Shown in pieces: positions 59,098 to 64,000 of a DNA stretch of 64,000 bases. This DNA comes from Candidatus Zixiibacteriota bacterium. Its GTDB lineage: Bacteria > Zixibacteria > MSB-5A5 > GN15 > FEB-12. Each line of letters starts with the position of its first letter. Within the stretch, counting starts at the first letter, position 1. Below the pieces are notes generated by a model that searched no databases, was not told the DNA's origin, and saw nothing but the letters and a program-made list of their open reading frames with translations. Where the stretch lies: contig JACZWU010000004.1 in NCBI GenBank assembly GCA_022571985.1, forward strand, positions 64,319 to 128,318, read 5' to 3'. Position numbers and translations under genes: made by a program.

Positions 59098-60195
59098 ATG
59101 GGGAAAACCATGGTAGGTCTGCGTGAACTGCTTGAAGAAATGTTCAAGATGGAAGCTTCTGATTTGCATATTACTGTCGGGGCTCCTCCGGTCGTCCGAG
59201 TTGATGGCAAGCTTCAGCCTCTGAATTATGATCCTTTGACCAGTGAAGATACCAAGAAGATAGCTTATACGATGCTCAACGAAAAACAGAAGCTCAAATT
59301 TGAGCAAAACTCCGAACTGGACTTTTCATTCGGAATTGAGCAGATGAGCAGGTTTCGGGCTAATATGTTTATGCAGCGAGGCAATGTCGCGGTGGTTCTG
59401 CGGCAGATTCCATATGAAGTAAAAACGTTTGAAGAGCTCGGATTGCCAAAAGTAATCGCGGAATTTGCAAATCTTCCCCGCGGCTTGGTACTCATTACCG
59501 GACCCACCGGTTCAGGAAAATCAACATCTTTGGCTTCTGTCATTGACAAAATTAACAGAGAAAGAGCCGTTCATATAATTACTATAGAAGACCCGATTGA
59601 ATACCTGCATCGCCATAAAAAATCTCTGGTCAACCAGCGGGAAGTATATTCTGACACAGCCTCATTCGCCACGGCCTTGAAATATGCTTTGCGCGAAGAC
59701 CCGGATGTAGTTCTGGTGGGTGAAATGAGAGACCTGGAAACAATCGAGTCGGCCTTATCAATTTCAGAGACGGGACACCTTGCCTTTGCTACCTTGCATA
59801 CAAACTCCGCTGCAGAATCGGTAAACAGAATAGTAGATTCTTTTCCCGCAAATCAGCAGGAGCAGGTACGGGTTACTCTGTCGTTCACTCTTCAGGCGGT
59901 AGTATCACAGACACTGATTCCCAAAATTGGCGGCGGACGCGTATTGGCAATGGAAATATTGGTAGTAACGCCTGCGATCCGGGCGCTGATACGTGATGAT
60001 AAGGTTCATCAGCTATATTCTATGATACAGGCCGGACAGAAATACGGCATGAAGACGATGAATCAGTCACTGGCAGAATTATATGAGGCTCATAAAATTA
60101 CCATAAACGATGCAATGGCTCATAGCAGTTCAACTCAGGAGTTGACGGAAATGCTCCAGAAAAGTAAAGTTCAAAGATCTCCTGCATTCAGTTAG
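59098..60195 (+). CDS. pilT: Type IV pilus retraction ATPase
   Basis: ASDLHIT, GPTGSGKST, TIEDPIE, QREV, LREDPD, AIRALIRD. Confidence 0.95.
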   Translation: MGKTMVGLRELLEEMFKMEASDLHITVGAPPVVRVDGKLQPLNYDPLTSEDTKKIAYTMLNEKQKLKFEQNSELDFSFGIEQMSRFRANMFMQRGNVAVVLRQIPYEVKTFEELGLPKVIAEFANLPRGLVLITGPTGSGKSTSLASVIDKINRERAVHIITIEDPIEYLHRHKKSLVNQREVYSDTASFATALKYALREDPDVVLVGEMRDLETIESALSISETGHLAFATLHTNSAAESVNRIVDSFPANQQEQVRVTLSFTLQAVVSQTLIPKIGGGRVLAMEILVVTPAIRALIRDDKVHQLYSMIQAGQKYGMKTMNQSLAELYEAHKITINDAMAHSSSTQELTEMLQKSKVQRSPAFS

Positions 60196-60222
60196 ATGAG
60201 CAGGTTGAAAGAGGCTAATTAA

Positions 60223-61419
60223 ATGGCAGTTTTTGAATACAAAGGAAAGACGTTAGCCGGAGCAGCAGTTCAGGGCTCGCTTAAGGCAAAAAGCAAAGAG
60301 GACCTTGAGCGCGTCTTAAGGCAGAATCGTATACTGGTTACCTCAATAACCAGAAAAGCTCCGGACATAAATATAAAATTCGGAACCGGCATAAGTCGCT
60401 TAGATATATCCCGGTTTACCCGCCAGTTTGCTACTATGATTGGTGCCGGCCTGCCCATGGTCCAGTGTCTTGAAATCATGGCGTCTCAGACTGATAGTAA
60501 AGAACTTGCTAAAGTTATCACACAGGTAAAAGAAGGAGTTCAGGGAGGTGCTACTCTGGCCGATGCCCTGGCGCGCCATCCCAAAGTTTTTGACCAGCTT
60601 TATTCGAATATGGTACAGGCAGGAGAGATCGGTGGTGCACTTGATGCCATTCTTATGCGTTTGGCGGCATATCGCGAAAAGTCTGACCAGCTGATTCGTA
60701 AAGTAAAAGGCGCCATGGTCTATCCGTCCGTTATCGTAGTAGTTGCCGCTGGTGTAACATTCGGTATGTTGACGTTTATCGTTCCTGTTTTTGCTAAGAT
60801 GTTTGGAGGATTAAACGCAGAACTGCCTATGCCTACTCAGTATGTTCTGGCAATTTCGCATTTTTTGCAAGACAACATTCTTTACCTGATAGTCGGTTCG
60901 ATAGGATCTGTTGTCGGTCTTTTGTGGTGGAAGAAAACTCCTACTGGTGCGCTTCTTTTTGATAAGTTCATGCTTATGACGCCAATATTTGGAAACCTGA
61001 TCAGAAAATCTGCGGTGGCAAGGTTTACTCGTACATTGGGAACCCTGCTGTCGTCCGGTGTGTCAATTATTGAAGCAATGGAGATTACTGCTAAAACCGC
61101 AGGTAACGTAGTTATCGCAAATGCGATTAACAAGGCCGTTCTGTCAATCGCCGAAGGTGATACGATTACCGGCCCGCTGAAAGAATCGGGTGTTTTCCCT
61201 CCAATGGTAACTCAGATGATTGCTGTAGGCGAAAAGACAGGTGGCTTAGATGACATGCTCAGCAAAATTGCAGATTTCTATGACGAAGAAGTAGATGAAG
61301 CTGTAACCGCCCTGACCTCTGTAATTGAGCCAATCATTATTGTATTTATGGGTATTGTCATTGGTGGTATTTTGATAGCCATGTATTTGCCAATGTTCGA
61401 CATAATTGGAAAAATCTAA
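60223..61419 (+). CDS. pilC: Type IV pilus platform protein (T2SSF family)
   Basis: FTRQFATMIGAGLP, GEIGGALD, KVKGAMVYP, GEKTGGLDDML, AMYLPMF. Confidence 0.95.
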   Translation: MAVFEYKGKTLAGAAVQGSLKAKSKEDLERVLRQNRILVTSITRKAPDINIKFGTGISRLDISRFTRQFATMIGAGLPMVQCLEIMASQTDSKELAKVITQVKEGVQGGATLADALARHPKVFDQLYSNMVQAGEIGGALDAILMRLAAYREKSDQLIRKVKGAMVYPSVIVVVAAGVTFGMLTFIVPVFAKMFGGLNAELPMPTQYVLAISHFLQDNILYLIVGSIGSVVGLLWWKKTPTGALLFDKFMLMTPIFGNLIRKSAVARFTRTLGTLLSSGVSIIEAMEITAKTAGNVVIANAINKAVLSIAEGDTITGPLKESGVFPPMVTQMIAVGEKTGGLDDMLSKIADFYDEEVDEAVTALTSVIEPIIIVFMGIVIGGILIAMYLPMFDIIGKI

Positions 61420-61460
61420 CGATAAGAAATTGTAGCTGATTTGATAATATACTAAGCAGG

Positions 61461-61486
61461 ACGGCGCCCACCAGGGCGCCGTTGTT
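61461..61486 (+). terminator. GC-rich hairpin between pilC and the kinase gene (terminator-like)
   Basis: ACGGCGCCC-acca-GGGCGCCGT followed by TGTT; weak U-tract. Confidence 0.5.
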
Positions 61487-61490
61487 ATAT

Positions 61491-63218
61491 ATGACAAACA
61501 ATAAACATCTGGAAAGAATTGACTGGTTTTTGCCACTCAGACTGGCATCCTATGTAATTCTGTTTGCGTCGATTGTACTGTGGATGGATTTCCCCGGCTT
61601 TATGCAGGTGCCCATCATTATCTATTCACTCCTGACTTTGGCTGTAGGAGTATCTCTTACTAAAAAATTCAAGCGCAAACTTGTAATGATATCTCCCTGG
61701 GTGGTGGCGCTTCACTTCGTATTTGAAATTGCTTTGGAGTCGGTAGTGGTCTACTCCACCGGCGATATAAGTTCTCCACTTACAGCTATGTTTGTTTTGA
61801 CCATAGCCTCTGCTGCTCTGGTTTACCGACTGGCCGGAACACTTTTGATGGCGACAATTGTTTCTTTGTCTTTGAGCATAATAGTGTGGGTGGTTTATAT
61901 CATAGATGCTCATTTGTCTTTATCATTCCAGGAACTGAGCCGGTTTTTTGCCGGCAAAGAGCGATTGTTCTATGCTATCTTTTTCCATTTTTTGATTTTC
62001 TATCTGGTAGCGTTTATCTCAGGCTATCTGGCTGAAAGAATTAAGTCCGGCGCCAGGCAGCTGGAAGATACTTCAAGAGCGCTTAGAATTGCCAAACTTG
62101 AAACAGACGACATTCTCAGACATCTCAGTTCGGGGCTGATGAGTATCGATGCCAGAGGTGTGATTATATTTTTTAACAGGGCTGCCGAGACGATTACAGG
62201 TTTTAATGAAAAGGATATCAGGGGCAAGGATTGCCATGCTGTTTTTCATAAGAAGATGCCGGAACTCGCCCGATGCCTGAAGGCAGGCATAGACGAAAGA
62301 ATCGAATTTCCCAGAAAGGAATTGCAGATCGAAGTAAGGCCGGGTAATTTTATTCCATTGGGACTGTCAACATCTGTCTTAACAGAATCCGATGGTGAGC
62401 TGCGCGGACTTATTGTGATATTTTCTGACTTGACCGAAGCCAAAGAATTAGAAGACAAGGTCCGCTCGGCAGATAGATTGTCGGCTATAGGCGAACTATC
62501 GGCCTGTATCGCCCATGAAATCAGAAATCCTCTGGCGGCAATTTCCGGCTCAGTAGAAGTAATCAAAAACGAATTGAGTCTGGAGGGCAGTAATCAGAAG
62601 CTGATGGATCTGATAATAAAAGAATCAGATCGCTTAACCAAAATGCTGACAAAATTTCTTCAATATGCCAGCATTGAACGCAGGACATTCAACAAAGTTG
62701 AATTATGTCATCTGACTTCAGAAACAATGGAGATTCTTTACCGGGACGAATCAATACATTCAAATATCAAAGTAAATCTTGAATCAGAAGAGTCCATAGT
62801 ATATGTGATCGGTGACGAAGACCTGATTAAACAAATTTTGATAAATGTGGCGGTTAATGCCTGTCAGGCTTTTGAAGGAAAGCCGGGTGAGATAATTTTC
62901 AAAGTCTCAAACGATACAAAGCAGCAAATCGTAAGATTGGAAGTAACAGATAATGGCCCCGGTATGTCGGCAGAACTAACCAATAAAGTTTTTCAGCCAT
63001 TTTTCTCGACGCGAAAAGGTGGTACAGGCCTGGGATTGGCTATTGTGCACAGATTGGCAGAAGTCCTGGGCATTACTATTTGGATTGAATCAGAAGAAAA
63101 CGTCGGGACTTCGTTTATTCTTGAGTTTAAGACATACTCTCAGCCCGGACTGGCTGATCTGGCCCGGCACACCGGCAAGGATTCCGGCTCTTTTGCCCGG
63201 AAATCTGTCTCCTTTTAG
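61491..63218 (+). CDS. pilS: PilS-like PAS sensor histidine kinase
   Basis: About 6 N-terminal TM, PAS (FFNRAAETITGF), H-box AHEIRNPL, N-box NVAVNACQA, DNGPGM, FFSTRKGGTGLGL; follows pilBTC. Confidence 0.75.
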   Translation: MTNNKHLERIDWFLPLRLASYVILFASIVLWMDFPGFMQVPIIIYSLLTLAVGVSLTKKFKRKLVMISPWVVALHFVFEIALESVVVYSTGDISSPLTAMFVLTIASAALVYRLAGTLLMATIVSLSLSIIVWVVYIIDAHLSLSFQELSRFFAGKERLFYAIFFHFLIFYLVAFISGYLAERIKSGARQLEDTSRALRIAKLETDDILRHLSSGLMSIDARGVIIFFNRAAETITGFNEKDIRGKDCHAVFHKKMPELARCLKAGIDERIEFPRKELQIEVRPGNFIPLGLSTSVLTESDGELRGLIVIFSDLTEAKELEDKVRSADRLSAIGELSACIAHEIRNPLAAISGSVEVIKNELSLEGSNQKLMDLIIKESDRLTKMLTKFLQYASIERRTFNKVELCHLTSETMEILYRDESIHSNIKVNLESEESIVYVIGDEDLIKQILINVAVNACQAFEGKPGEIIFKVSNDTKQQIVRLEVTDNGPGMSAELTNKVFQPFFSTRKGGTGLGLAIVHRLAEVLGITIWIESEENVGTSFILEFKTYSQPGLADLARHTGKDSGSFARKSVSF

Positions 63219-63281
63219 GACTTGTTTTTTCTCTACAGCTGTATAATTTAACAGACTTCAACATGAGAGGTGAGTTTAGTT

Positions 63282-64000
63282 TTGAGAAAATTAGTAATTC
63301 TTTTTTCCGTTATTTTAACAGCAGTATTTCTGACGTCCTGCCGACCTGTAATTATCTATCAAAAGGATTTGAGCAAGTTTGAATATGAAATCGCCAGAGC
63401 AGACAGCAATTACAGCCTGACAGCAGCGCAGCTCTATCAACATTTATTTGAAAGCACAATGCTGCCCAAAGGCGGCATACTTGAAAAATCGACAGTAAAG
63501 AAGCTGGTCGACAGCATAGTTGCAGACACCTTACTGGGGCTTGAGGCAACGGAGGTCGATTTACGTAATCACTATGAATATTACAGCAGATACCGAGCAG
63601 GTTATGCTTCAATAATGTCAGATGTCTATTACAAGAAAGCAATTTACGGCCAAATATCAACGGATACATCGGAAATATTCAAATATATAAGAGAAAATTC
63701 AGAGGAATTTACTCTTGAAGAGCAGATGCAGACTCGCCACATCGTTATTACAAAGATTGCTCTCCGGCATGGTCCTGATTCACTGAAATACATGGCGATG
63801 TCTGATAGTGCGCTTGAGCAAGCTACCAGGGAAATAGCTTTTGATCTAAAATCAGGCATTCATTCCAAAGATGATTTCATTAAAGCGGCAAAAGAGTACT
63901 CGCATGATGAAGTCTCTGCACGCAGAGGTGGATTAATTGAATGGGTACGCCCCGGATTTTTTGCCTGGCCGTTTGACTCGGTAGCTTTTGCGGCAAGGCC
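63282..64000 (+). CDS. Parvulin/PPIC-type peptidyl-prolyl isomerase lipoprotein (3' partial; not in the ORF track)
   Basis: RBS GAGGTG then TTG; LRKLVILFSVILTAVFLTS-C lipobox; TRHIVI...FIKAAKEYSHDEVSARRGGLIEWVRPG; frame open to the window end. Confidence 0.82.
   Translation, partial: MRKLVILFSVILTAVFLTSCRPVIIYQKDLSKFEYEIARADSNYSLTAAQLYQHLFESTMLPKGGILEKSTVKKLVDSIVADTLLGLEATEVDLRNHYEYYSRYRAGYASIMSDVYYKKAIYGQISTDTSEIFKYIRENSEEFTLEEQMQTRHIVITKIALRHGPDSLKYMAMSDSALEQATREIAFDLKSGIHSKDDFIKAAKEYSHDEVSARRGGLIEWVRPGFFAWPFDSVAFAAR

Noticed and set aside
2389-63859. The many 60-170 aa ORFs overlapping long genes on the opposite strand or in other frames
   Set aside because: They lie within confidently identified genes and have the typical Ser/Ile/Phe-rich antisense composition

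Overview
Chromosomal window of a diderm bacterium using the standard genetic code (several genes end in TGA). I inferred a probable candidate-division Zixibacteria affiliation from the cohesin/dockerin proteins with C-terminal FlgD/T9SS-like sorting domains and the Deltaproteobacteria-like pil/mgl genes; this is not verified. About 57 CDS are supported, mostly housekeeping and envelope genes: rlmH, ftsY, smc, rodZ-like, maf, dtd, trxA, rhomboid, ccdA, pabB/pabC, an ECF sigma/anti-sigma/HtrA-like operon, tamB/tamA-like, iscS-like, mnmA, asmA-like, an S8 protease, yicC-gmk-rpoZ-topA-xerC-hslV-hslU, argF, rpsT, murJ, comEC and pilB/pilT/pilC/pilS. I recognised no rRNA, tRNA, CRISPR array or mobile element. 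Main highlights: (1) A 65-codon single-TM ORF absent from the ORF track (9992-10189) has an in-frame TGA in a GGG-U-G context followed by a bacterial SECIS-like hairpin. It is a candidate selenoprotein and lies between trxA and a rhomboid protease. (2) The 51.6-63.2 kb cluster joins DUF4388/PATAN, four roadblock-domain proteins (one TPR-fused, one membrane-anchored), an MglA GTPase with a long disordered tail ending in a MinD-like membrane-targeting helix, and the type IV pilus motor genes, directly downstream of comEC. (3) There are several apparent pseudoenzymes: an HtrA lacking the whole catalytic triad, a pseudo-receiver, and a degenerate DUF2064 protein. (4) A low-GC outer-membrane-like gene with an internal repeat sits between mnmA and a hydrolase. 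All product calls come from motif recognition by eye; no database searches were run.
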